Assembly (NCBI GenBank): GCA_963977015.1
Contig: CAXBMO010000003.1
Location: 384,001-448,000, forward strand
DNA length: 64,000 bases
DNA from: an uncultured bacterium
GTDB taxonomy: Bacteria > Verrucomicrobiota > Verrucomicrobiia > Verrucomicrobiales > DEV007
Direction of reading: 5' to 3'
This document shows positions 9,802 through 19,213 of this stretch, one piece after another (within the stretch, counting starts at the first letter, position 1; every line of letters starts with the position of its first letter). A program made the translations under genes and the position numbers. Under the pieces are notes generated by a model, which saw only the letters and a list, made by a program, of their open reading frames with translations, made no database searches and had not been told where the DNA came from.

Positions 9802-11418
9802 TCACTCGATGAGCTGGAGCAAGACCTCCCGCACTTCGAGAGTCTCCAACGGGGCTTCGCAAACAATTCGGTAGGTCGCAGCACCGGGATTTTCCAATCG
9901 GGTCACGAATTCTGCGCGTTGCCATTCCGTGCTCGGCCCCAATTCGAGACGGGTCGAATTCTCATCGCCAAAGCCCTGGAGAAGCACGCCGTGAGCTCCT
10001 TGGAACCGATACACAATCTCTCCCCGCACTCTTCCCGTCCTCGATGCTTCAATCGGCCATGACGCCGAAAATCCTGCCCGATCCCACCCCTCGATGAACC
10101 CTAAATTCGTCGAATGTGGCCATTCTGAAGGGAAAACCGCGGAACAGGGATCCAATTGAATCGGCTTTGCATCGAGCACCCACGGAATGACGGGGTAGCC
10201 AAACACCTGCGACTTGTGAAACCAGTGGGCAATGTCGCTCTTGAGCCCTGCCAAGACGAACGGGTAGGCTTCCGCGACGTTGTAATGTTGTCTCGGATCC
10301 GCTTTCAAATCATAGAGCTCCCAGCGTTCGTCATCAGCACCTATTTCATCTCTGCGCCACTTGGGATCCAGAATCGCGGCCCAACGCGTGGTTCGATAGG
10401 ACCTTCGCGCATTGGCGAGATCCCTTCCCGGAATCCAGACTGAACCCAGATTCCGATTCGGCCACCGCGCGTCGTCACCGAACAAGAGCAAGGGCGCGAT
10501 ATTGAGGCCGTTGATGGTTCGATCATCCGGAACGGGAGATCCGGCAAACCCAAGCACGGTTGGGAAGAGATCCGTGTGATGACAAATGTGATGCACAACC
10601 GCCCTCTCGGGAATCACTCCTTTCCACCTCCAGATGGACGGAACGCGCAGCCCGCCTTCATGAAGGCTCCCCTGACTTCCGTACAAACCGGAATTGAATC
10701 GGCCTTCGATGTCTTTTGGGCCGCAATCCGACAGCAAAACAATCATGGTGTGGCTCTCGAGATCGAGAATCTTCAGTTGATTGACAATGTTTCCCACCAC
10801 GCTATCCACCACCTCGATTCCGGCATAAACGGTCGCCAGTTCTGCCCCTAAACCGCGCTCCCGGTGTTTCTCGATTGCCTCCTCAGGGATGTGGTCACCA
10901 TGATCCAAAGCAGGAAGCGCAATGAACGCACAAAACGGCCATTCCGCATTCGCCTCCATGAACGCAGGGCCATCGTTTACCTCACCGACTTGCCCAAACC
11001 CCTGACTCCCGGCGTCATGAGGTGGATTTACGCCGTTTTGCCAGCGCCCAAAGTAGCCCGTTTGGTATCCATCCTCCTGAAGAACCTCCGCAAAGGTGAT
11101 CTCGTTTTGATGGAGGATATGGGTTCCCTGAGAATCCCCAATTACCCCCGTCAACAGGCAATGGCGCCCGGTTAGGAGCGATGAAGTGGTCGGCGCCGAA
11201 GCGGGACAAACGTAAAAGCGATCCAATCGTGCTCCCGATTTCGCCAACTCATCCAGATTCGGAGTCGCCACCTGCGGATTGCCATGAATCCCCAAATCTC
11301 CCCATCCCAGATCATCCGCCATCAGGATGACCAGGTTGGGCTGCGCCAGGGGAGAACGATTCGGCGCTGCGCAGACGACGACCGCGCTCAAAAGGAATCC
11401 GATAAAATGGCGAAACAT
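9802..11418 (-). CDS. Sulfatase-fold protein with degenerate active site
   Basis: PNLVILMADDLGWGD, TPNLDELA, SLLTGR, EGGLRVP and ELYDLKADP are present. The signature reads SAPTT rather than C/SxPxR. ATG 11418 chosen because it opens a signal peptide. Confidence 0.8.
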   Translation of the reverse strand: MFRHFIGFLLSAVVVCAAPNRSPLAQPNLVILMADDLGWGDLGIHGNPQVATPNLDELAKSGARLDRFYVCPASAPTTSSLLTGRHCLLTGVIGDSQGTHILHQNEITFAEVLQEDGYQTGYFGRWQNGVNPPHDAGSQGFGQVGEVNDGPAFMEANAEWPFCAFIALPALDHGDHIPEEAIEKHRERGLGAELATVYAGIEVVDSVVGNIVNQLKILDLESHTMIVLLSDCGPKDIEGRFNSGLYGSQGSLHEGGLRVPSIWRWKGVIPERAVVHHICHHTDLFPTVLGFAGSPVPDDRTINGLNIAPLLLFGDDARWPNRNLGSVWIPGRDLANARRSYRTTRWAAILDPKWRRDEIGADDERWELYDLKADPRQHYNVAEAYPFVLAGLKSDIAHWFHKSQVFGYPVIPWVLDAKPIQLDPCSAVFPSEWPHSTNLGFIEGWDRAGFSASWPIEASRTGRVRGEIVYRFQGAHGVLLQGFGDENSTRLELGPSTEWQRAEFVTRLENPGAATYRIVCEAPLETLEVREVLLQLIE

Positions 11419-11528
11419 TAAACGGAACCATCCAAGGCAAGCAGATCGGCGCAAGCTGCCTTTACTGAAGTTCTTACCGCCGGGCTTCGTTCTGGACTTC
11501 CTCATCCCGCCCGCTAGCGTGAAGGGTA

Positions 11529-14500
11529 ATGAACCCCTTCGTTTCCTGCGTCCTGTTTGTCCACGCGGTCAGCGCCGCAGAAATCCCTCAGCAAACGATC
11601 AACTTCATGGAGGAGGCGATGCTCTCCGAGATGGAGTGCCGACTTGATCCCAAGCGTTCCCAAAGCACGAATCGGGAGGAGGTATTTCAACTGCTTTCCC
11701 CCAATTTGCTCCGCGTATCCGGGAAAGGCTGGGGATATCTCCAAACGGCCAAGACCTATCAGAACTATCATCTCGTTCTCGAGTTCAAATGGGGCGAGCA
11801 CACCTGGGGACGCAGAGCCGACAAAGCTCGGGACGCTGGCGTCTTCCTGCACTGCCACGATCGCTTTGGGACCTGGCCGAAGGGTGTCGAAGCTCAGTTG
11901 ATTGAGGGAGGTTCGGGCAATCTCAACATCCTGGAGGACGGTGTGACCAAGCGCTATTGCAAGTATCGTTCCCCGCGGTGGACGGATGTGAGGGGCTTTC
12001 GTGGCGACTGGGATCTGGAGGAACTCTTTGGCCAATGGAATCGCATCGAAGTGATTTGTGACGGCAACGAACTAACGGTTCTCCTGAATGGAACGCGCGT
12101 GAACCACTTCGAAGAGCTTCCCGTCTCAGAAGGAGGAATCGCGATTCAATCGGAGGAAGCGGAATGGTTCATTCGGCGATGGGAGGTCTGGCCACTGGGA
12201 GAATTCGGGGAACCCTGGAAGCCCGCAACCCTCTCAACAAACACCGGAAGCGGCGCCGATCTCGTTGCCCGTCCGAACGCACTCTCCCCAGACGAATCCT
12301 TCGCCGCACTGGAAGTCGACGGTCCGTTTCAGATTCAGCTCGTTGCGTCCGAACCGTTGGTTTGCGATCCCGTGGACGTGGTTTGGGACGAAGCCGACCG
12401 GATGTATGTGGCAGAAATGCGCGATTATCCGCTTCCGCCAACGAACGGCCCCCTCCTTTCCCGCATCAAAATCCTCATCGACACCAATGGCGATGGCATT
12501 CCCGACGAGAGCAAGGTCTGGGCCGATCAAATGGACCACGTTCAGGGGCTCCTCCCCATCAACGGTGGGATCCTGGCAACGACCCGCCGCCAAATTCTGT
12601 TTTTTCAGGATACCGATGACGACCAGGTGGCCGACAAGCGTGAGATCTGGTTCGAAAGCAACGATCCACGCCACAATCAGCTTCAAATCTCAAGCCCTCG
12701 CCTTGGGCCCGATGGATGGATCTATCTCAACAACGGGCTGGACGGAAAACAGATCTATCCCAGCGATTCCGAGGAACCAGAGCTCAATATCGCGCGACGG
12801 AATATCCGGATTCACCCTGAGACCCGGGAAATCGAACCCGTCAGCGGCTACGGCCAATTTGGAGCGACGATCGATCCGTGGGGACGTCGTTTCGCGAGCA
12901 GCAATCGCAGTCCGGTCATGTTTGCAGCAATGCCTCTTTATGCGGTGGAGCGCAATCCGTATGCAGGTCTGTCCACGGGTCATATCGATATCGCTCCCAG
13001 TGGCGGAGATTCCCTCGTTTACCCGCTCAACATGAGCCACACCACGGCGGCAGCTCATCTTGGAACTCACACCGCGGCTTGCGGGCTTTGTTGGTATCGC
13101 GGGGACATCTTTGTCTGCGAACCCACCGGTCAACTCATCACCCGGAATCGAATCGAGCCCGAGGGCGCCATCTTGAAGGCGAGCCAGGTCCGCACCAAGC
13201 CCCAAACCGAGTTTTTGCGGAGTCACGACGAATGGTTTCGCCCAGTGAACCTCCGCAGAGGGCCGGACGGCGCACTCTACGTTTGTGACATGTATCGACG
13301 CTTCATTGATCACGCGCGATTCTTTCCCGAAGAGTTTTCCCAGGCCCATTACATGCGGGCGGGATTTGATCAGGGAAGGATCTGGCGAATCACACCGAAA
13401 CAAAAAGATAAGAATGCTGACTTCGGTCGAAGTGAGATTGCCGCAAAAGCAGTCTATGGGATGAGCCCGGCGGAACTGAGAAGACAGTTTCAAAGCGAGT
13501 CCCCTGAGGTCGTTGAGAACGCAGTCCAGGCGGCTGAAATCCATCTCGCAGACTCCCCTGAACTGCTGCCGGAGTTCATCAACCTGACTCAGCATGAGAA
13601 TGCGCGAGTCCGCTTTCTGGCCCTCGTTGCCATCGGCGGATCGACGAGCCCGGAAGTTACGCAGGCCCTCAAAACTGCGGCCCAGAGAGATTACTTCGAA
13701 CCCTGGATCCGCAAGGCCATCCTTTCCGGCGCCGAGAATCGAGCCGGAGAAATTTTCCAAGCCGTGATTGAGGCGCCAGGCTTCGCCGACTTCGCCTCGG
13801 ATCAGAAATTGGCATTTGTCCGCGAATTTTCTTCCGCGATTGGAAGACGATCCGACTCTCACGAAACCCAAATGGCGGCAGCCTCAGTTCGCAAGGTCAG
13901 CGACGACGCACTTTGGCTGCGGCTCTCTGCCTACGAAGGGCTTGGCAGAGCCGCAAAACTGAGCGCCGATGAGTTATTCGCCAGCGCTCGCATCGCGCTC
14001 GATTCTGACACCCAAATGACCGACCGGCTTGCGGCCATTCCCCTGCTGCGCCTTCTCCCGATTGACCGCAGCATCGAAATCTGGTCCGCGCTTTTGGATG
14101 TTTCCCAACCCACCGAAATCCGCCGAGCCGCGTTCTCGGTCGCGAAGTCACTCAACCGGACCAAAATCTCGGCAACGCTCTTCACGATGTGGCCGGATCT
14201 CGACACCGAGTCAAAAGCCGAGGCCATGGCGATTCTCTCCAAATCCCCCCTCCCCCTCCTTCAAAAGATGAAAGCAGGCGACATCAATCCCGCCTTGCTC
14301 GACCCGATGAGCCGTTGGGTTTACCTGCGATCGTCGAATGCCGAAATCAAAGAACTGGCTGAGGAACTTTTTGCTCGCCCCAGCGAGGATCGGGCCGCGA
14401 TTTTGACGAGCTATCTCCGTGCGGAAACGTTGAAAGGCGACGCATCCCGAGGTCACGCCCTTTTCACGACGAATTGCGCGGTGTGCCATCAGTTTCGCGG

Positions 14501-16232
14501 TGAAGGTGGCCAGATCGGTCCAGACATCACCGATGTTCGCAACAAGCCCTGGCAAGCGTTGCTTTCCGACATTCTCGATCCCAACCGCATGGTGGAGGCG
14601 CGCTGGACCGCCCATTCCCTAACCAGGAAAACGGGCCCCGCTTTGCTCGGCGTGATTGAAGCCGAAACCGCAGATTCGATCACGATCAAGGGTCTTGGAG
14701 TCCACGAAACCGTTTCACGCAGCGAGGTTGCCTCCATCAAGGATTTGGGGCAATCCCTGATGCCAGTCGGATTTGAGGGCTCGCTCGACCATCAAGCGAT
14801 GGCCGATCTGCTCGCGTTCTTGCAGGGAAAAGGTGAAACCGGCCCCAAAGAAACGGAGAAACCGAAACGCGCCGCCGCAGACAAACCCAACATCGTCCTG
14901 ATCCTCTGTGACAATCTCGGCTACGGCGACATCGAGCCTTTTTGGCCGGAAACACCGCACCGCACCCCCAATCTCAATCAGATGGCGGCGGAGGGAATGA
15001 AGCTTTCCCACTTCTATGTCTCGGCAGGCGTATGCACGCCTTCACGCGCCAGCATCATGACCGGTTGCTATGCGCAACGCGTCGGTTTGCACAAGATGGA
15101 GGTCGATCATCATGTGCTTCGTCCGGCCTCGCCGCTGGGATTGAATCCGGAGGAAGTGACCGTCGCGGAAGTCTTGAAGAGCGCCGGCTACGCGACCACC
15201 ATCATCGGAAAGTGGCATTTGGGAGACCAACCCGCCTTTTTACCGACGCAGCAGGGGTTCGATTCCTTCTTCGGAATTCCCTACAGCGACGACATGACGG
15301 CACGAGAATGGAACTCCCGCGTTTGGCCGCCTCTCCCTCTGGTTGAGGATGAAACCGTGGTTGAGGCTCCGGTCGATCGGAGCACGTTGACCAAACGTTA
15401 CACCGAACGCGCCCTCCAATTCATTCGAGCACAGAAAGAAAGCCCCTTTTTCCTGTTCCTGAGTCACGCGATGCCGGGAAGCACGAAGACTCCCTATTCG
15501 AGTGAACGGTTTCAGGGAAAAAGCCAAAACGGGGCCTGGGGTGACTCCGTTGAAGAAATTGATTGGTCGACCGGCGAGATCCTGGACGAACTCAACAAGC
15601 TCGGCATTGCCGAAAACACCCTGGTGATCTGGACCTCGGACAACGGCGCGCCCCACAATCCCGGAGACATCAAACGGGGAACCAACCAGCCGCTGTCCGG
15701 ACGGGGATACACGACCAGCGAGGGTGGAATGCGCGTTCCGACGATCGCTTGGTGGCCCGGAAGGATTCCGCCAAACACGGAATCCACCGATTTGGCAACG
15801 ACGATGGATCTCCTGCCCACCTTCGCCCGCCTCGCACACCAGTCTTTGGATGTGGAGAAAACCATCGATGGGAAAGACATCAGCCCGATTTTATTGGGCA
15901 CACCCAACGCCGAGTCACCGCATGAAGCGTTTTTCTATTACCAGCTGGATCAGCTCCAAGCCGTGCGAAGTGGACCATGGAAGTTGGTCCTCCAGTTGGA
16001 GAATCCCATCCGCCACGGACGCTTTCGGCAGGGACCAACCGACGAACTCTTGTTCAACCTGGTCACCGATATCGCCTGCGAATCGAATGTCGCAGCTTCT
16101 CACCCGGATATCGTGGCCAGACTCCGAGAACTCGCAAATCAGGCCCGTAAGGAACTTGGTGACACGAATCAGCCGGGAGAAGGGCAACGGGCAGCCGGCA
16201 GAGTTCCAAATCCTGTTGCTTTGGTGAAGTGA
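11529..16232 (+). CDS. Multidomain fusion: DUF1080 + PVC-type membrane-bound dehydrogenase + HEAT repeats + cytochrome c + arylsulfatase
   Basis: NYHLVLEFKWG...GQWNRIEV...IAIQSE (DUF1080); LVASEPLVCDPV...MYVAEMRDYP and WFRPVNL.GPDGALYVCDMYR (PVC dehydrogenase); CAVCH...IGPDIT...ILDPN (heme c); KPNIVLILCDNLGYGD, CTPSRASIMTG and GKWHLG (sulfatase). Confidence 0.85.
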   Translation: MNPFVSCVLFVHAVSAAEIPQQTINFMEEAMLSEMECRLDPKRSQSTNREEVFQLLSPNLLRVSGKGWGYLQTAKTYQNYHLVLEFKWGEHTWGRRADKARDAGVFLHCHDRFGTWPKGVEAQLIEGGSGNLNILEDGVTKRYCKYRSPRWTDVRGFRGDWDLEELFGQWNRIEVICDGNELTVLLNGTRVNHFEELPVSEGGIAIQSEEAEWFIRRWEVWPLGEFGEPWKPATLSTNTGSGADLVARPNALSPDESFAALEVDGPFQIQLVASEPLVCDPVDVVWDEADRMYVAEMRDYPLPPTNGPLLSRIKILIDTNGDGIPDESKVWADQMDHVQGLLPINGGILATTRRQILFFQDTDDDQVADKREIWFESNDPRHNQLQISSPRLGPDGWIYLNNGLDGKQIYPSDSEEPELNIARRNIRIHPETREIEPVSGYGQFGATIDPWGRRFASSNRSPVMFAAMPLYAVERNPYAGLSTGHIDIAPSGGDSLVYPLNMSHTTAAAHLGTHTAACGLCWYRGDIFVCEPTGQLITRNRIEPEGAILKASQVRTKPQTEFLRSHDEWFRPVNLRRGPDGALYVCDMYRRFIDHARFFPEEFSQAHYMRAGFDQGRIWRITPKQKDKNADFGRSEIAAKAVYGMSPAELRRQFQSESPEVVENAVQAAEIHLADSPELLPEFINLTQHENARVRFLALVAIGGSTSPEVTQALKTAAQRDYFEPWIRKAILSGAENRAGEIFQAVIEAPGFADFASDQKLAFVREFSSAIGRRSDSHETQMAAASVRKVSDDALWLRLSAYEGLGRAAKLSADELFASARIALDSDTQMTDRLAAIPLLRLLPIDRSIEIWSALLDVSQPTEIRRAAFSVAKSLNRTKISATLFTMWPDLDTESKAEAMAILSKSPLPLLQKMKAGDINPALLDPMSRWVYLRSSNAEIKELAEELFARPSEDRAAILTSYLRAETLKGDASRGHALFTTNCAVCHQFRGEGGQIGPDITDVRNKPWQALLSDILDPNRMVEARWTAHSLTRKTGPALLGVIEAETADSITIKGLGVHETVSRSEVASIKDLGQSLMPVGFEGSLDHQAMADLLAFLQGKGETGPKETEKPKRAAADKPNIVLILCDNLGYGDIEPFWPETPHRTPNLNQMAAEGMKLSHFYVSAGVCTPSRASIMTGCYAQRVGLHKMEVDHHVLRPASPLGLNPEEVTVAEVLKSAGYATTIIGKWHLGDQPAFLPTQQGFDSFFGIPYSDDMTAREWNSRVWPPLPLVEDETVVEAPVDRSTLTKRYTERALQFIRAQKESPFFLFLSHAMPGSTKTPYSSERFQGKSQNGAWGDSVEEIDWSTGEILDELNKLGIAENTLVIWTSDNGAPHNPGDIKRGTNQPLSGRGYTTSEGGMRVPTIAWWPGRIPPNTESTDLATTMDLLPTFARLAHQSLDVEKTIDGKDISPILLGTPNAESPHEAFFYYQLDQLQAVRSGPWKLVLQLENPIRHGRFRQGPTDELLFNLVTDIACESNVAASHPDIVARLRELANQARKELGDTNQPGEGQRAAGRVPNPVALVK

Positions 16233-16278
16233 TTCGAAGGTTGCTTCAGTTCCAAATCGTGGTAACAGCTTTCCCGAT

Positions 16279-16563
16279 ATGATGCTGCGTAACATTTCGC
16301 GATTTTTCCTGAGCCTCGGCTGCGGGGCTTTCCTCGTTTTCTTCGTTGGTTGTGAGCGTCACGTGTGGAGTGGAGGAACCGACCAGCTCTACAAACCTCA
16401 TCACGGGGCCGACAGCCATTCCGACGACCATTCCAAAGAGGAACACGGTGATCATCCCAAAGAGGGCGAACATCACGACGAGAAAGACGCGGGACACTCA
16501 AACGTCACCAAGCCGCACGCGACAGAACCAGCTCCAGCCGCTCGGAAGATCTTCCCAAGATAA
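16279..16563 (+). CDS. Small histidine-rich lipoprotein
   Basis: Lipobox FVGC followed by HHGADSHSDDHSKEEHGDHPKEGEHHDEK. Confidence 0.65.
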   Translation: MMLRNISRFFLSLGCGAFLVFFVGCERHVWSGGTDQLYKPHHGADSHSDDHSKEEHGDHPKEGEHHDEKDAGHSNVTKPHATEPAPAARKIFPR

Positions 16564-16587
16564 TTCCGATCCTTCGAGTTCGGGACG

Positions 16588-17646
16588 ATGCTTGAGCATG
16601 TTCAGCGATTCTCCCATCCCGGGGGAATCTACGAGTTAGACTTTCCTGACGAATGGATCGTCGTCATTGAGGACGATGGGTTGAATTGTGGGTTTGGCTG
16701 GGAAGATAGCGACGATGTCGGTCTCTGGATCTCGGTGCTCCCCTTCTCGATTGAAGCGGAACCTCTCTTGGAAGGGTTGCTGGATTCCTTCCGTGAGGCT
16801 GCGGGAGATTCCTTCGGGCAATTTCAACAAGACGTCCGCTTGGCCCATCCCGCGTTCAAAGCGAGGTCGCAGGATCCGGCCTCTCCGGGTCTCGCCTGGA
16901 TGGTAACCAACGGGAACGCCGTTCTATTTGCCTCCGCTCATACTCCCATTGCCGAGTTGGCGGATTTTGAGCCCGTCTTTGACCAGCTCATGCAAAGCCT
17001 CCGGATTTGCGCCCCTGAAGAAGAGGAACCAGAGGAGTTGGAGGACGAACCCGAGGTTCTCGATGAAACTCCCGAGGAAATGGAGGAGGAGGAAGCCGAG
17101 TCGTTGGAATCCGTCACCAATCAGATTTTGCCGTTTTTGCGACCTGACGGCTATTTTTCCAGCGCCCCGGAAAGGCAGTCCCTCGCGCGCTTGGAGTTTC
17201 TGGGCGATGTCTGGATTACGTATGCGATTCAGCGCGTTGGTAAACGCACATTCGTCCGAGAGTGGGACCTGGAGCAATGGGGAATCTCCGTCGATGAGCT
17301 TCACGATATCGCGATGGCCAATCTCGACGAAATCGACTGGCCCAAACTGCTGAAGCGGAAGCGGAACAAGCCGAAACGCAGCGGCCGCCTCATCGTGATC
17401 GAGAATTCCGGAGACCCTGTCGGAGCGTCGAAAGTCCTCGATTTACGGCTTCACGACATCTTTGCCAACCATTTGGGAACTCCGTTCTGCATCGCAACTC
17501 CGGATTGTGAATCGCTCGTTCTGTTTCGCGAAAGCGATCTTGAACGCGGCACAGAGGAAGTGGCGGAGAAATTCAAAAAGGCGAAAAACCCGCTTTCACC
17601 ACAGATTCTGGTCCTCAGTCCGGAGGGAGTTTCGCTGGCCGAATAG
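16588..17646 (+). CDS. Hypothetical two-domain protein with acidic linker; C-terminal domain DUF1444-like
   Basis: C-terminal ILPFLR...ITYAI...DLEQWGISVDELHDIAMANL resembles DUF1444/YtpQ; Glu-rich linker. Confidence 0.55.
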   Translation: MLEHVQRFSHPGGIYELDFPDEWIVVIEDDGLNCGFGWEDSDDVGLWISVLPFSIEAEPLLEGLLDSFREAAGDSFGQFQQDVRLAHPAFKARSQDPASPGLAWMVTNGNAVLFASAHTPIAELADFEPVFDQLMQSLRICAPEEEEPEELEDEPEVLDETPEEMEEEEAESLESVTNQILPFLRPDGYFSSAPERQSLARLEFLGDVWITYAIQRVGKRTFVREWDLEQWGISVDELHDIAMANLDEIDWPKLLKRKRNKPKRSGRLIVIENSGDPVGASKVLDLRLHDIFANHLGTPFCIATPDCESLVLFRESDLERGTEEVAEKFKKAKNPLSPQILVLSPEGVSLAE

Positions 17647-17648
17647 GT

Positions 17649-18851
17649 TTACCGCATCGCCCAATCCAACTCAGATGCCTCGATGGGAGCGGGTTCCGGG
17701 TATTCGAAGGTCTTGCCCTCGAAATTGCGGATGATCACACGCTCTTCGTTGCGCTGAATCACGGTTTCCGGGTTCATCGGCACTTTTCCACCGCCGCCAG
17801 GCGCATCGATTACGTATTGCGGAACGGCATAACCCGTGGTGTGCCCACGAAGTCCGCTGATGATCTCAAGTCCCTTGGAAACGGGCACGCTGAGGTGCGA
17901 AGAGCCTTTAATCAGGTCCAATTGGTAGAGATAATAAGGCCGGACCCGGCAGCGAAGCAGCTTGTGAACCAACGTCTTCATGACCTCCAACCGATCGTTC
18001 ACCCCGCGCAAGAGGACACTTTGATTTCCAAGAGGAATTCCGCTGTTGGCAAGCCGCTCCAACGCCTCCTTCACTTCCAACGTCAACTCCCGGGGATGAT
18101 TGACGTGAACGCTGATGAACAATGGGTGATGCTGCTTCAGCATCTCGCACAATTCGGGCGTGATCCGTTGAGGAAGAAAAACCGGAACGCGCGAGCCGAT
18201 GCGGACAAATTCGATGTGCTCAATGCTTCTGAGCCGCCGGAGAATTTTCTCCAATTTCGAGTCACTCAGCAAAAGTGGATCGCCCCCTGAAAGTAGAACG
18301 TCGCGAACTTCAGTGTGTTCTTCGAGGTAACGGAAAGCCGCTTCAAATTGGGTGTCGAGATGCTGTTCCCCGGCACCACTGACGACCCGGCTTCGGGTGC
18401 AATAGCGGCAGTAGCTGGCACAACGATCGGTCACCAGAAAATTGACACGATCCGGATAGCGATGCACCAACCCCGCAACCGGCATGTCTCCATCCTCGCC
18501 ACAGGGATCCTCCATTTCATAGTCGGCTTCCCAGGTTTCTTCGATTCGGGGAATGACTTGGCGGCGAATCGGACAATTGGGATTGTCCTTATCGATCAAA
18601 TTCATGAAGTGGGGCGTAATGGCCATCGCCAGCTTGTTCCCACTCAGGATCACCCCGCTCCGCTCTTCATCGGTGAGATTCAGATGTTCTTCGAGGGCGC
18701 CCAGCGATGTAACACGGTTTTTTTGCTGCCAAATCCAGGAATTCCAATCTTCTTCGGCGACTTTCCGGTCAGCCCAATAGCCCGGAGCGTAAGATGTGAA
18801 GTCCCTTTCGGGAACCGTTGCGTCAAAGGTCATAGATGCGGTCAGATTCAA
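17649..18851 (-). CDS. KamA family radical SAM aminomutase (lysine 2,3-aminomutase-like)
   Basis: GLVHRYPDRV, CASYCRYCTR, VRDVLLSGGDPL, NQSVLLRGVND, PYYLYQ and PLP-lysine motif DAPGGGGKVP. The start may be ATG 18833. Confidence 0.92.
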   Translation of the reverse strand: MNLTASMTFDATVPERDFTSYAPGYWADRKVAEEDWNSWIWQQKNRVTSLGALEEHLNLTDEERSGVILSGNKLAMAITPHFMNLIDKDNPNCPIRRQVIPRIEETWEADYEMEDPCGEDGDMPVAGLVHRYPDRVNFLVTDRCASYCRYCTRSRVVSGAGEQHLDTQFEAAFRYLEEHTEVRDVLLSGGDPLLLSDSKLEKILRRLRSIEHIEFVRIGSRVPVFLPQRITPELCEMLKQHHPLFISVHVNHPRELTLEVKEALERLANSGIPLGNQSVLLRGVNDRLEVMKTLVHKLLRCRVRPYYLYQLDLIKGSSHLSVPVSKGLEIISGLRGHTTGYAVPQYVIDAPGGGGKVPMNPETVIQRNEERVIIRNFEGKTFEYPEPAPIEASELDWAMR

Positions 18852-18878
18852 TTCGGACTCTGAACAAGAAAAAAGCTT

Positions 18879-18906
18879 ACGGTAGGAGGTACCATTGGGG
18901 TGTCAA
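18879..18906 (-). promoter_or_regulatory. Sigma70-like promoter of the kamA-family gene
   Basis: Minus strand TTGACA(18906-18901)-N16-TACCGT(18884-18879). Confidence 0.6.
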
Positions 18907-18944
18907 CCATCACCTCAACACTTGCCGTATGACAAAAGTACCAG

Positions 18945-18972
18945 TTGCAGCCCGCCCGGTGATGCCTAAGAT
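18945..18972 (+). promoter_or_regulatory. Sigma70-like promoter of the structured RNA and small protein
   Basis: TTGCAG-N16-TAAGAT, with the same spacing as other promoters here. Predicted +1 is about 18979-18981, at the start of the RNA's closing stem. Confidence 0.6.
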
Positions 18973-18980
18973 CCCTCCTA

Positions 18981-19172
18981 GCATCAGGAGTGGTGCTGCG
19001 GTGAGTGATAAGCAAACTGCGGCATCCGGCAACCTGGCATGGAGAAGCCAAGGTGCCTTGGAAGCTGAAGGGAACTTCAGTCTCCGATGTGCGGAACTGA
19101 TTTGCCGGATTTCGGCACGTCAGCCGAACAGCAATTCTCCGCCGGAAGAATCTCCGGACATGTTCCTGATGC
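18981..19172 (+). ncRNA. Candidate structured cis-regulatory RNA / riboswitch (unrecognised family)
   Basis: Closing helix GCATCAGGAG (18981-90) / TTCCTGATGC (19163-72) encloses six hairpins with several G-U pairs and a GGAA tetraloop. No credible ORF covers it. Confidence 0.65.
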
Positions 19173-19213
19173 GGTGAACGAATGAAACTTCAACCGACAT
19201 CGCATCAACTATC

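Noticed and set aside
12690-13871. 393-aa minus-strand ORF and similar long antisense ORFs (2072-3067, 22809-23795, 49670-50641, 55545-56606)
   Set aside because: They lie opposite well-supported genes, as expected from codon bias in GC-rich DNA.
18981-19172. Lysine riboswitch, suggested by the neighbouring kamA-like gene
   Set aside because: It is on the opposite strand from kamA, and I could not find the lysine aptamer's conserved AGAGG/loop-E/kink-turn layout.
18836-19177. 113-aa plus-strand ORF (and 67-aa minus ORF 18848-19051) covering the structured RNA
   Set aside because: Overlaps the kamA start and both promoters and has no recognisable motif; the nested base pairing explains the region better.
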